This document shows, piece by piece, positions 41,985 to 50,836 of a stretch of 64,000 bases of DNA; positions within the stretch are counted from its first letter, which is position 1; each line of letters starts with the position of its first letter. Under the pieces are notes generated by a model. That model was not told the origin of the DNA and did not search any database. It worked only from the letters and a program-made list of their open reading frames with translations. Source of the stretch: a virus; IMG/VR virus record IMGVR_UViG_3300037467_000284, positions 1 to 64,000 of that record; one strand, 5' to 3'. The translations under genes were made by a program, and so were the position numbers.

Positions 41985-42061
41985 GGGTCGTTAGCTCAGT
42001 GGACAGAGCATCGGTGTTCTAGGCCGATTGGTCGAGGGTTCGAATCCTTCACGACTCACCA
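41985..42061 (+). tRNA. tRNA-Arg (anticodon UCU), CCA encoded
   Basis: Manual cloverleaf:
- acceptor GGGTCGT/ACGACTC;
- D arm GCTC-AGTGGACA-GAGC;
- anticodon stem TCGGT/GCCGA with loop GTTCTAG;
- T arm GAGGG-TTCGAAT-CCTTC;
- discriminator A followed by CCA. Confidence 0.8.
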
Positions 42062-42078
42062 ACAATAGGAGAAACTGT

Positions 42079-42360
42079 ATGTTCGTTGTAAATTTGACTT
42101 TGGGCATCCTGTGTACAATCTTCAAAGGTTTCGTACTGGCTGCGCTGTTCAACTGGTTCGTCGCCCCTGAACTCGGCTTCGCAATCAACACTGGTGTCGG
42201 TATCATCCTGATGATCCTAGCCAATCTGGCAACCTTCGATCCTCGCGTGGTAGTGGAGAAGGCAGGAAACCAATACGAACGCTTCGGTGAGACTGTTGCA
42301 ACCGCTGTCGTTTTCGGACTAGCCTTCGTCCTCGGCTGGCTCCTGCATCTGGTAGCGTAA
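42079..42360 (+). CDS. membrane protein
   Basis: ATG at 42079 after AGGAG. The track ORF from 42028 would start inside the tRNA. It has three hydrophobic helices. Confidence 0.55.
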   Translation: MFVVNLTLGILCTIFKGFVLAALFNWFVAPELGFAINTGVGIILMILANLATFDPRVVVEKAGNQYERFGETVATAVVFGLAFVLGWLLHLVA

Positions 42361-42369
42361 GGGGGAACA

Positions 42370-42588
42370 ATGTCACTGACACGTAAAGAAGCAATCGCTG
42401 CTGCTAAAAAGGCAGCAGAAAACTTCCCTGAGCAGTACACGAAGGTGGACGGTTTTGAACCGCACGAGTGGGTTATTCAAGCCGTCATCGAAGCTTCTAC
42501 GGATGCCCGCAAGGAGGGGTACGACGAGGGGTACAACGAAGGCTACGACGAGGGCTACGAAGACGGCTCCTACGAGGGCGGAGTGTAA
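42370..42588 (+). CDS. hypothetical protein with (EGYD)n tail
   Basis: 72 aa. The C-terminus KEGYDEGYNEGYDEGYEDGSYEGG is a tandem tetrapeptide repeat. Confidence 0.55.
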   Translation: MSLTRKEAIAAAKKAAENFPEQYTKVDGFEPHEWVIQAVIEASTDARKEGYDEGYNEGYDEGYEDGSYEGGV

Positions 42589-42724
42589 GGCTCTAGGAGA
42601 CGAAATGCCGTAAGTGTCTCGCTATGCGCTCACCCCGGTGGGCGTCTCTAAACAAAACGGCTATTGCGTAAGACCGAAAGGCTACGGGGCAACATAGGTT
42701 GCTATTAACTAAGGAGTATTACAA

Positions 42725-43681
42725 TTGGGTCTGAAACCAAAATCGAGCGGTAAAGGTGGTAATGGCGGTAACTACGAACAGCGTAACTTCCCGGTTCCGA
42801 AAGCTGGTGCTCGCCGTGCTCGCGTCTCGCTGATCGCTGACCTCGGCACGCAAGAGCGTGAGCCGAGCTACATTGGACCGGACGGCAAACTGTGTAAGCC
42901 GGATGCGGAAGGTGCTGTCCGTAAGGATAACAAGCCAGCACATCAGATCGCCATTTTCGCTGACCTCGTGAACGATGTCGTAGACTATGGCGGTGAAATC
43001 GGTAAAGCGCAGTACCGCCTGCTGCTGAACAAGAGCTTCAAAGGTGACGTTCAGGGTATCAACTTCTACCCTACCCCGCCAGTGGACAACAAGGGCAACA
43101 TTATCGAAGGTAAGAAGTGGGCGTACCATCCTCAGTCGATGCTGACAAAGCTTGGTGACGCTATCGGTCTGGAGAACTTCGGTGTACAGGACGAGACGGA
43201 CGATGTGGAACTCCTACTGAATGGGCAGTTCATCGCTGAAGTGGATGTGAAGGAAACCAACTCCGGTAAGCAGGACAAGGACGGTAACGACATCATCTAC
43301 AAGAACGTCAACTTCAAGAAGCCAGCCAAGGTTCCGCCTGAGATGAAGGAAGATGCGGACGGCAACGAAGTCGAAGTGGTCCCTACCTTCGCCAAACTGC
43401 AACAAACTCCGATGATTATCGGCTTCGACAACGTGGACGAAGACAACGTTAAGTTCCTGCGTGCTGATATTCGCAAGAAGATCAAGGCGTCGGCTGAGTA
43501 CCACAAAGAAGAAGGTGCTCGGATGAAGGCAGCAATCGAAGCGTACGAAGCGAAACTCGGTATCAAGGATGATAGCGCTGACGAAAAACCGGCTAAACCG
43601 GCCACTCCGAGGCCATCGAAACCTGCCAAACCGAAGGCTCCGGTGCAGCAAGACGACATGGACGACGATATTCCATTTTGA
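42725..43681 (+). CDS. single-stranded DNA-binding protein (phage type)
   Basis: TTG start 8 nt after AAGGAG. The acidic C-terminal tail ends in DDMDDDIPF, the SSB protein-interaction tip. The gene sits in the replication module. Confidence 0.6.
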   Translation: MGLKPKSSGKGGNGGNYEQRNFPVPKAGARRARVSLIADLGTQEREPSYIGPDGKLCKPDAEGAVRKDNKPAHQIAIFADLVNDVVDYGGEIGKAQYRLLLNKSFKGDVQGINFYPTPPVDNKGNIIEGKKWAYHPQSMLTKLGDAIGLENFGVQDETDDVELLLNGQFIAEVDVKETNSGKQDKDGNDIIYKNVNFKKPAKVPPEMKEDADGNEVEVVPTFAKLQQTPMIIGFDNVDEDNVKFLRADIRKKIKASAEYHKEEGARMKAAIEAYEAKLGIKDDSADEKPAKPATPRPSKPAKPKAPVQQDDMDDDIPF

Positions 43682-43706
43682 CGGAATAGGTAGTTAGCAC
43701 TATATG
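43678..43706 (+). promoter_or_regulatory. candidate promoter overlapping the 5' arm of a terminator
   Basis: TTGACG (43678-43683), 17 nt, TATATG (43701-43706). The spacer contains the AGGTAGT motif. Confidence 0.35.
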
Positions 43707-43743
43707 ACCCGTAATCCGAAAGGGTTGCGGGTCTTTTCTTTTG
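43706..43743 (+). terminator. rho-independent terminator after the SSB gene
   Basis: GACCCGTAA-10 nt-TTGCGGGTC (one G.U pair) followed by TTTTCTTTT. Confidence 0.7.
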
Positions 43744-43754
43744 GGGAGGATTAA

Positions 43755-44753
43755 ATGAGCATGGAACCAAAAAGGCCTGATCTTGTGGTCATCGATGGCG
43801 ATATAATTGCCTACCGTGCTTCAGCAGCGAACGAGAAACGCTTTGTAAGATGCGTACACAAAGAGACAGCGGAGGAAGTAGAATTCGATACGCTGACCAA
43901 GTTTCGGGAATGGGCAGGGGATACCAAGGACGACTACGAAGTGACGCCGGGGCAAAAATCCGGGCCACTGGAAAATGCTTTTCACATCCTGAACCACATG
44001 ATCCAAAACATCACAAAGGCATGTGGAACGGAGAGCTACCACATCGTAGTAAGCGGAGACGATAACTTCAGGCTTCAGCTACCACTGCCTACGCAGTACA
44101 AGGATAGCCGGAAAGAGAGCATGAGGCCGCTTCAACTTAAGGACTGCAAGAAGTATTTGATCAACAGTCACAATGCAGAAGTGAGCGTAGGCGTTGAAGC
44201 GGACGATGTACTGGTTGCGTATGCTACAGCCGGGAACATCCAAGCTTCCATCGATAAGGACGCCAATCATGGCCCGTTCTGGCTGTACAATTGGGACACC
44301 ATGACGGAGCCTGAGTACATCGGAGGCTTCGGAGAGCTTATCGAGATTGTGAAGGAGACAGCTCGTAAAACGGCTGCTGGCAAGCCGGTCTACACCCGCG
44401 ACATCAAGGGCAAGGGACGTATCTGGTTGTACTACCAAATGCTGTTCGGTGATCCTGTTGATGCGTACAAGCCTTGTGAGCTGGCAAAAGTGAAGTTTGG
44501 TGAGATTGGTGCGTATGAACTGCTACATCGATGCAAGACCGACAAGGAAGCATTGGAGGCAGTAGCTAAGCAGTACCAAATCTGGTATCCGGAGCCGATC
44601 ACGTATCGTGCTTGGGATGGCTCGCTACAGGAAAACAAGTCATGGCTGGACATCTGGCAAATGTATGCCGATTGCGCATTCATGAAACGCTTCGAAGGGG
44701 ACCGATTTGACGTACGTAAGGTGCTGAAGAAGCAGGGGATTATCGATGCGTAA
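43755..44753 (+). CDS. 5'-3' exonuclease (T7 gp6-like, PIN/FEN fold)
   Basis: N-terminal DLVVIDGDIIAYRA and later VVSGDDNFR...GVEADDVL acidic clusters. It sits next to the SSB and polymerase genes. Confidence 0.6.
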   Translation: MSMEPKRPDLVVIDGDIIAYRASAANEKRFVRCVHKETAEEVEFDTLTKFREWAGDTKDDYEVTPGQKSGPLENAFHILNHMIQNITKACGTESYHIVVSGDDNFRLQLPLPTQYKDSRKESMRPLQLKDCKKYLINSHNAEVSVGVEADDVLVAYATAGNIQASIDKDANHGPFWLYNWDTMTEPEYIGGFGELIEIVKETARKTAAGKPVYTRDIKGKGRIWLYYQMLFGDPVDAYKPCELAKVKFGEIGAYELLHRCKTDKEALEAVAKQYQIWYPEPITYRAWDGSLQENKSWLDIWQMYADCAFMKRFEGDRFDVRKVLKKQGIIDA

Positions 44754-44851
44754 GCGTAAGGCAAAGCTGTATGCCAGCAAGTACTACCGACCTTTCGATG
44801 TCTGGCTTAGAAGCCTTACGCGTGGCATCAATGCTTACGTAAGGAGTCTGC

Positions 44852-45394
44852 ATGGCTAAGAAGGAAGCCCCTAAGACCCGCTGTGGCGGGACGATGACGG
44901 AATCCCAGTACCTAGCGTGGATTCGTTCTGCTCTTCGTTCTAAGTGGCTTCGATGGCAACCCCGTAACGACTGCCTAGCAGCCGCTAGACGGCCTTACAA
45001 GGGTCCGAACGCACGGCAGAAGTGGGAGTACCAGTGTGCGATTTGCAAGGAGTGGTTCGTATCGAAAGAGATGGAGGTTGACCATTATCCGCACGATGCT
45101 GGCTCCATCCTGTCAGTTGAGGACATCGGCCCCTTCGTGGGACGCCTGTACTGCGAGACTGACAATCTCCGGGCAGTGTGCAAGCCTTGCCACAAGATAC
45201 ACACGTACGCCAAGAGCGAAGGGTTGACGTTCGAAGAGGCGAAGCTAGTTAAGAAGGTACTGGAGCTTACCAAGCAACCTACGAAAAAAGTTCTTGAGTT
45301 CCTTGCACAGCATGGGTACAATGGTGACTCTGTAAGTAACGCGACTAAGCGTAAGGAGTTGGTCACGAAAATTTTGAAGGAGAGACATGAGTAA
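44852..45394 (+). CDS. HNH endonuclease
   Basis: CAIC...VDHYPHD...NLRAVCKPCHKIH is an HNH/zinc-finger motif. Confidence 0.75.
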   Translation: MAKKEAPKTRCGGTMTESQYLAWIRSALRSKWLRWQPRNDCLAAARRPYKGPNARQKWEYQCAICKEWFVSKEMEVDHYPHDAGSILSVEDIGPFVGRLYCETDNLRAVCKPCHKIHTYAKSEGLTFEEAKLVKKVLELTKQPTKKVLEFLAQHGYNGDSVSNATKRKELVTKILKERHE

Positions 45395-46223
45395 TGTTGA
45401 ATGGACAACCCTAGCTGTCAAGCTGGATGAAACGGGGATGAGTTGGCGAGACATCGCGGACATGCTGAAAAAACCGAAGAGCACTGTCAGCGACTATCTT
45501 CGTGGCTACCATAAGGAGCTGTCGAAGGCTGGAGGGGACGATATGTTCGATACTGAGCGTGTCCTGTTCATCTCGGACCTGCACATCCCGTACCATCACG
45601 AAAAGGCTTTCATCTTCTTGGAAGGGCTGAAGAAGCGCTACGACCCTACGCTTGTTGTGAACGTAGGTGATGAGCTGGACAAGCACGCGATGAGCTATCA
45701 CGACCATGACCCGGACCTTCCGAGTGCCGGGGATGAGTTGGAGCGTTCGCTGCCGCATGTGAGGGAGCTTGAGAGCATCTTCCCGGACATGGAGTTGGTG
45801 GAATCAAATCACGGCAGTCTCCATCTCCGTAAAGCGAAGACGCACGGGTTCTCGAAGCGCTACATTCGCAGCTATAACGAGATTCTAGAAGTGGGCTCGG
45901 GATGGAGGTGGCACAACGATCTGACGTTGGACATGAGCAAGTGGGGAGTTCCGGATGTGTATGTGCATCATGGAAAGACCAAGCGGGCAATCATGACCAG
46001 CAAGGCTTATTCGATGTCTCACGTATGCGGGCACTACCATGAATCGTTCGGTATCGAATACTGGGCGAATCCGAAGGGGCTGTATTTCGGGATGAACATT
46101 GGTTGCCTTATCGATGATAAGAAGCTAGCATTCGCTTACAATAAGATCAATCCGCACCGTCCGATCATCGGGACCGGGCTGATTATCGAAGGCGTCCCGG
46201 TCTTGGAAGCAATGCCACTGTAA
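45387..46223 (+). CDS. calcineurin-like metallophosphoesterase with N-terminal HTH
   Basis: The HTH is MSWRDIADMLKKPKSTVSDYL. Phosphoesterase motifs: ISDLHIPYHH, NVGDELD and ESNHG. Confidence 0.7.
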   Translation: MSNVEWTTLAVKLDETGMSWRDIADMLKKPKSTVSDYLRGYHKELSKAGGDDMFDTERVLFISDLHIPYHHEKAFIFLEGLKKRYDPTLVVNVGDELDKHAMSYHDHDPDLPSAGDELERSLPHVRELESIFPDMELVESNHGSLHLRKAKTHGFSKRYIRSYNEILEVGSGWRWHNDLTLDMSKWGVPDVYVHHGKTKRAIMTSKAYSMSHVCGHYHESFGIEYWANPKGLYFGMNIGCLIDDKKLAFAYNKINPHRPIIGTGLIIEGVPVLEAMPL

Positions 46224-46249
46224 AATAACACAACCAAAGGAGAATAAAC

Positions 46250-46483
46250 ATGAGCATTTTTGACGTACGCACTGACACTGCCCCGAATATCACTCAGTTG
46301 AAGTTTGGGGATTTCAACAGCAAAACGGCTACCGCACAATACATCGAGCGGTACAAAGGGGCAGTGGGCGGGATCAAGGTCGTTGACGACTACGACGAGT
46401 TCGTTGTTGTCAGTGACAAAGCCCACGCGGAAAATCTCATCAAAGCCCTTGAGACAGCTATCGAACTGGGTTGGGTGGAATGA
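46250..46483 (+). CDS. hypothetical protein
   Basis: 77 aa with an AAAGGAG RBS. Confidence 0.6.
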   Translation: MSIFDVRTDTAPNITQLKFGDFNSKTATAQYIERYKGAVGGIKVVDDYDEFVVVSDKAHAENLIKALETAIELGWVE

Positions 46484-46797
46484 CAAATCTGACCTTCAAT
46501 GAGGTCTTTCTGGAACAGCTAGGTATCGATCTTGGCATTATGCTCGTCCTTGTATCGGATGGTCGTATCATGTTCGAACGTACCATTACGTTCGTTCCTA
46601 CGTATGACTATTCGAAGGATGGTGTGACGGCCAGTTTCGATGCCGACAGCTTCGGCCTGAAAGAACCTGACGGCGACTTCCAACCGTTCAATTACGGAGT
46701 GGCCTATCAGTATAAAGAGATTCCAACACTGAAAAAGTGGCTGGTGCAACAAAACATGCAATTCAACGTAATCAAGGAGCACACAAATGAGTATTAA
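46480..46797 (+). CDS. hypothetical protein
   Basis: ATG at 46480 overlapping the upstream stop (ATGA). The track lists a TTG at 46471. Confidence 0.55.
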   Translation: MTNLTFNEVFLEQLGIDLGIMLVLVSDGRIMFERTITFVPTYDYSKDGVTASFDADSFGLKEPDGDFQPFNYGVAYQYKEIPTLKKWLVQQNMQFNVIKEHTNEY

Positions 46798-47161
46798 GCA
46801 CGACATCAACGCAGCCGTAGACGCATGCCACAAAGCCTCGACGAACGCTGGGTGGTGGACTGACAAAGAAGGCAACCATCTTACGCTCAATCCGTTCGCC
46901 TTTTCCAACAAGATCGCACTGGTTCACAGCGAACTGTCGGAGGCTCTGGAAGCAGACCGTAAAGACATGATGGACGACAAGCTGCCACAGTTTCACGGGC
47001 GTGCTACGGAGCTAGCAGACGCATGTATCCGTATCTTCGATCTGGCTGGAGCCTACAACATTCCTCTCGGGGATGCAATCGAAGCGAAGATGGCGTTCAA
47101 CGCTGTCCGACCGGATCACAAGAAAGAAGCTCGGGAAGCAGTAGGCGGTAAGTCGTACTAA
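46787..47161 (+). CDS. MazG-like all-alpha nucleoside triphosphate pyrophosphohydrolase
   Basis: 124 aa. ...ALVHSELSEALEADRK...ELADACIRIFDLAG is the EExxE/D-type MazG motif pattern. Confidence 0.65.
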   Translation: MSIKHDINAAVDACHKASTNAGWWTDKEGNHLTLNPFAFSNKIALVHSELSEALEADRKDMMDDKLPQFHGRATELADACIRIFDLAGAYNIPLGDAIEAKMAFNAVRPDHKKEAREAVGGKSY

Positions 47162-47173
47162 GAAGGAGGTAGC

Positions 47174-47725
47174 ATGAAAACAATTAGCACCACTGATCTT
47201 CAACTCATTCCTGAGTTGTCGCATCTTCGAATGATCGATTTCATTCATCCACGTAACGATGCACTGATTGCCCCGTATCTGAAGGTGCTAGGGTACGATC
47301 TTGACTACCCAATCGAGTACGTCGCTTCCCAGCATCGAAACCTTCAAGGGAAGGTGGTAATCGCGTATCAGATTGTTGGTGAGGTTGATATCAATTCCAA
47401 CTTCCTTAATAGCTCGTTTGCTACTTCGGAAGACCGCATCATCGCTGCTGGCTACAAAGACCTTAGCTTGGCTAACCAAATGTCACGCTCCCTGTCCACA
47501 AACCGGGAGTACGATAGCGGGGTAGTGGAAGGCTTCCCGGCAGAGCTGACAAATCCGGACGAGGCAGATATTCTGGAGCAAATTGGAGTGCTTGAACACC
47601 TTCTGCAACAAGTGAGGCCGAACATGCGTCACGAGGATGGCAGTCTTAAAACTCTGGCAGAGTACCACGCCCCTCCGGTGGAGCCTGTCAAGAAGGAACG
47701 GCGTCGTAAGAAGCTTGCAAGCTAA
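47174..47725 (+). CDS. hypothetical protein
   Basis: 183 aa with an AAGGAGG RBS. Confidence 0.6.
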   Translation: MKTISTTDLQLIPELSHLRMIDFIHPRNDALIAPYLKVLGYDLDYPIEYVASQHRNLQGKVVIAYQIVGEVDINSNFLNSSFATSEDRIIAAGYKDLSLANQMSRSLSTNREYDSGVVEGFPAELTNPDEADILEQIGVLEHLLQQVRPNMRHEDGSLKTLAEYHAPPVEPVKKERRRKKLAS

Positions 47726-47743
47726 CGCTTCGTATGGTATAAT
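47715..47743 (+). promoter_or_regulatory. near-consensus extended -10 promoter
   Basis: TTGCAA (47715-47720), 17 nt, TATAAT (47738-47743), with TGg immediately upstream of the -10. Confidence 0.5.
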
Positions 47744-47754
47744 ATCCGTCCGCA

Positions 47755-47780
47755 AGGGGCTTCGTGCCCCTTTTTGTTTT
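47755..47780 (+). terminator. rho-independent terminator
   Basis: AGGGGC-TTCG(T)-GCCCCT followed by TTTTGTTTT. Confidence 0.7.
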
Positions 47781-47807
47781 ACAGAATAACCCGACAGTAA
47801 TAAGGAA

Positions 47808-49676
47808 TTGAAATTGGACATCTCGCAACAAATCCTCAGTGACGTAGTAGTGTTTAACAAGTATAGTAAATACATCCCGAAGCTTGAGCGCCGGGAAACA
47901 TGGGAAGAAATCTGTGATCGCAATATGGCGATGCACATTGCCAAGTATCCGGCTCTGGCTGACGAAATCGAAAACGTTTTCAATACGTACGTGAAAACTA
48001 AGAAAGTGCTCCCTTCGATGCGTTCGATGCAATTCGGTGGGCGTCCTATCGAAATCAACAACACACGTATGTTCAACTGCTGCTGCCTGCCTATCGACAG
48101 CTACATCTCGTTCAGTGAAACGATGTTCCTGTTGCTTGGTGGCTCAGGCGTTGGCTATAGCGTCCAGAAACACCATGTCGAGCAGCTTCCGGCAGTCGTA
48201 GGCCCGAAGGCTAAGAAGCGACGCTACCTTGTAGGAGATAGCATCGAGGGCTGGGCAGATGCAGTGAAGGTGCTGTTCCGTGCCTACTTCGAGAACAAGG
48301 CTGATCCGGATTTTGACTACCGGGACATCCGTGAAAAAGGAGCATTGCTTGTCACTGCTGGTGGTAAGGCTCCGGGACCGGACCCGTTGCGTATCTGCCT
48401 TGAGCATGTCCGTGTCATCCTAAACAACGCTCGTGGACGTAAGCTTACCCCGCTGGAGTGCCATGACATCCAGTGCCACATTGCGGATGCTGTCCTATCT
48501 GGCGGCATTCGTCGTGCTGCTATGATTGCATTCTTCAGTCCAGATGACATCGACATGATTACGTGCAAGAGCGGTGCATGGTGGGAACTGAACCCGCAAC
48601 GTGGCCGAGCTAACAACAGCGTTGTACTGGTACGTGGCACGATTGACGAAGCAACGTTCAAGGCAATCTGGAAGCGTGTCGAAGAATCGAATGCCGGGGA
48701 ACCGGGAGTGTACTGGACGAATGACCGGAACATCCTGAGCAACCCGTGTGTGGAAGCAACGTTGCTTATGTACTCGTTCTGTAACCTCACCACGGTTAAC
48801 GGTGACGATGTTGACACTCAGGAGGAACTGAACGCTCGTGCTCGTGCTGCTACGTTTATTGGAACGTTGCAAGCTGGCTACACCAACTTCCACTACCTGC
48901 GTGAAGTGTGGAAGGAAGTGACGGAAGATGACGCCCTAATCGGCGTGTCGATCACTGGCATTGGTTCTGGTAAGATTCTCAAGCTGAACCTTGAGCAAGC
49001 TGCTTTCGAAGTGGTGCGTGAGAACGCCCGTGTTGCTGGCATCATCGGCATCAAGACGGCTGCTCGTACGTCGCTGAACAAGCCAGAAGGTACTGCGTCC
49101 ATCGTTGTCGGTTCGGCTTCCGGTATTCATGCTTGGCATGCTCCGTACTACCTGCGTCGTATGCGTGTCGGTAAGAACGAAGCACTATACCACTACATGA
49201 TCAAGAAGTTCCCTCTGCTAGTTGAAGATTGCCACTTCAAGCCTCACTTGGAAGCGGTGATGACCTTCCCGCAGAAAGCTCCAGAGGGTTCGATCCTGCG
49301 TACGGAGAGCTTCATGGATTTGTTGGAGCGTGTACGTCGCTTCAACCAAGAATGGATCGCACCGGGCCACAACCGTGGCGTACAGAAGCATAACGTAAGC
49401 TGCACCATCAGCCTGAAAGCTGACGAGTGGGAAGCTTGCGGACAGTGGATGTGGGACCACAGGGACGAATACAACGGTATCAGCGTTCTCCCGTACGATG
49501 GTGGCACTTACGTTCAGGCACCATTCCAAGATTGCACCAAAGAAGAGTACGAAGGGCTGATGGCATACATCGAAGCACAGGGCTCGTTCGATCTTCGACA
49601 AGTGAACGAGGAAGAGGATTCTACTAACCATACTGGCGAGTTGGCCTGTGCTGGCGGAGCCTGTGAGGTAAGGTAA
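47808..49676 (+). CDS. ribonucleotide reductase, single large subunit (probably class II, B12-dependent)
   Basis: TTG start (47808 or 47814) after AAGGAA. It has the catalytic SNPCVEA motif and a C-terminal Cys pair (CAGGAC). No beta subunit is present in the window. The class is inferred. Confidence 0.7.
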   Translation: MKLDISQQILSDVVVFNKYSKYIPKLERRETWEEICDRNMAMHIAKYPALADEIENVFNTYVKTKKVLPSMRSMQFGGRPIEINNTRMFNCCCLPIDSYISFSETMFLLLGGSGVGYSVQKHHVEQLPAVVGPKAKKRRYLVGDSIEGWADAVKVLFRAYFENKADPDFDYRDIREKGALLVTAGGKAPGPDPLRICLEHVRVILNNARGRKLTPLECHDIQCHIADAVLSGGIRRAAMIAFFSPDDIDMITCKSGAWWELNPQRGRANNSVVLVRGTIDEATFKAIWKRVEESNAGEPGVYWTNDRNILSNPCVEATLLMYSFCNLTTVNGDDVDTQEELNARARAATFIGTLQAGYTNFHYLREVWKEVTEDDALIGVSITGIGSGKILKLNLEQAAFEVVRENARVAGIIGIKTAARTSLNKPEGTASIVVGSASGIHAWHAPYYLRRMRVGKNEALYHYMIKKFPLLVEDCHFKPHLEAVMTFPQKAPEGSILRTESFMDLLERVRRFNQEWIAPGHNRGVQKHNVSCTISLKADEWEACGQWMWDHRDEYNGISVLPYDGGTYVQAPFQDCTKEEYEGLMAYIEAQGSFDLRQVNEEEDSTNHTGELACAGGACEVR

Positions 49677-49852
49677 TGGCAAGAGAGACGGTGGACTTGA
49701 GTTGGAATGACCAGTTCCCGCCTCTCAACCTATACAACCATCCTAGCTACGGCGTGGTGGATGTGTGGGCGGAGGCCGTGAAACTGGGAACCATCCCTGT
49801 GCCTGACCACATCCGGCAGGCTATTCTTTTTGGAAAGGACAACAATGAGTAA
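49676..49852 (+). CDS. hypothetical protein (58 aa)
   Basis: Found manually. Its ATG overlaps the RNR stop (TAATG). Confidence 0.45.
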   Translation: MARETVDLSWNDQFPPLNLYNHPSYGVVDVWAEAVKLGTIPVPDHIRQAILFGKDNNE

Positions 49853-50102
49853 TTTGGTAGTGTACTCTACAAACAACTGCCCCGGTTGTAAGGCAGTAGT
49901 GCAGGAGTTGGAACGCCGGAACATCCGGCATGAAGTGGTGAAGATTGACGAGGACGCGGAGGCGATGACTTGGTTTAAGTTCCAAGGCCATCGTACGGTT
50001 CCCAAGGTCTACACCCGCGACGGTACGTGCCTTGCTGGCAGTCTGATGGAACTGCTGAAGCTTCCGCCTGCTGTTCTGGAGCCGTTTAAAAATAACGCTT
50101 GA
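49845..50102 (+). CDS. glutaredoxin/NrdH-like redoxin
   Basis: ATG at 49845. It has a CPGC active site (YSTNNCPGCKAV) and a TVPKVY motif. It is adjacent to the RNR gene. Confidence 0.75.
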   Translation: MSNLVVYSTNNCPGCKAVVQELERRNIRHEVVKIDEDAEAMTWFKFQGHRTVPKVYTRDGTCLAGSLMELLKLPPAVLEPFKNNA

Positions 50103-50127
50103 CAGCTACCAAGCACTAGCTTACTAT
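50099..50127 (+). promoter_or_regulatory. sigma70-type promoter
   Basis: TTGACA, 17 nt, TACTAT. Confidence 0.6.
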
Positions 50128-50158
50128 GTAGCCATACCAACCAACAAGGAGAACAAAC

Positions 50159-50593
50159 ATGAGCAATACCAAGCAAGCAAGAACTGGCGACATCATCCGT
50201 GCCGTGAGCGGCAACTTCGACATCACTCAAGGCAAGCTGTACTACGCCTACGATGTTCAACGGGAGCCAAAAGTTCATGTCAAATTCTACGACGACAAAG
50301 GCAACAAGCGTGCGTTCTGGCATGTGTCTGAGTACGAAATCGTTGGGAACCTTAACGATGTCGCCATCACTCCGAAACCGGGCCTGAAGGACATCAAGGG
50401 CAACGTAGTGCAGGAGGGCGACACCGTTGCTTACGCATTTACCAACGGGCACAACTCGGCAGAACTCGAACTGTTCGAAGTGCAGAAGATCGTCAACGAT
50501 GGCATCGCGGTAGGCCGTAGCCTCAAATCGGACATCGCGTACAATCTCGGCGTGTTCGAGCAGCGTGCGATCAAGGTAGCTAACGCTGCATAA
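50159..50593 (+). CDS. hypothetical protein
   Basis: 144 aa with an AAGGAG RBS. Confidence 0.6.
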   Translation: MSNTKQARTGDIIRAVSGNFDITQGKLYYAYDVQREPKVHVKFYDDKGNKRAFWHVSEYEIVGNLNDVAITPKPGLKDIKGNVVQEGDTVAYAFTNGHNSAELELFEVQKIVNDGIAVGRSLKSDIAYNLGVFEQRAIKVANAA

Positions 50594-50600
50594 ATACTAA

Positions 50601-50638
50601 GGCTGGAGTAGCTACGGCTGCTCTGGCCTTTTTCTTTT
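50601..50638 (+). terminator. rho-independent terminator
   Basis: GGCTGGAGTAGC-TACG-GCTGCTCTGGCC (with G.U pairs) followed by TTTTTCTTTT. Confidence 0.7.
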
Positions 50639-50644
50639 GGAGAT

Positions 50645-50836
50645 ATGATGAACCAGTGCGACGGATGCAGGGCGGGGCACGAAGTTATTAACAAATACGG
50701 GGCGAGAGCGCACGTAGATGCTACAGGCTACATGTACATGGCCTGCCAGTCACATCGCTACTTGCCACAAGAAGAGACACCAGAACAACGTGCTAAGCGA
50801 GAGCTTGGCTTTCCAATTGAAGGGATCGAACCATGA
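50645..50836 (+). CDS. hypothetical Cys-rich small protein
   Basis: 63 aa containing CDGC...C. Confidence 0.5.
   Translation: MMNQCDGCRAGHEVINKYGARAHVDATGYMYMACQSHRYLPQEETPEQRAKRELGFPIEGIEP

Noticed and set aside
41985-42061. Reading the tRNA as an amber suppressor (CTA in the anticodon loop)
   Set aside because: With the only stem that pairs (TCGGT/GCCGA), the 7-nt loop is GTTCTAG. That places U33-UCU-A37. CTA would need a shifted stem that does not base-pair.
32793-47161. Z-genome (2-aminoadenine) or other hypermodified DNA pathway
   Set aside because: Only pyrophosphohydrolase-type genes are present. No PurZ, DatZ, dUMP/dCMP hydroxymethylase or transferase genes were recognised in this window. 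The idea is kept only as a low-level hypothesis in the findings.
47781-47807. Cobalamin riboswitch upstream of the putative B12-dependent RNR
   Set aside because: Only about 30 nt separate the terminator from the start codon, far too short for a B12 riboswitch. No B12-box was seen.
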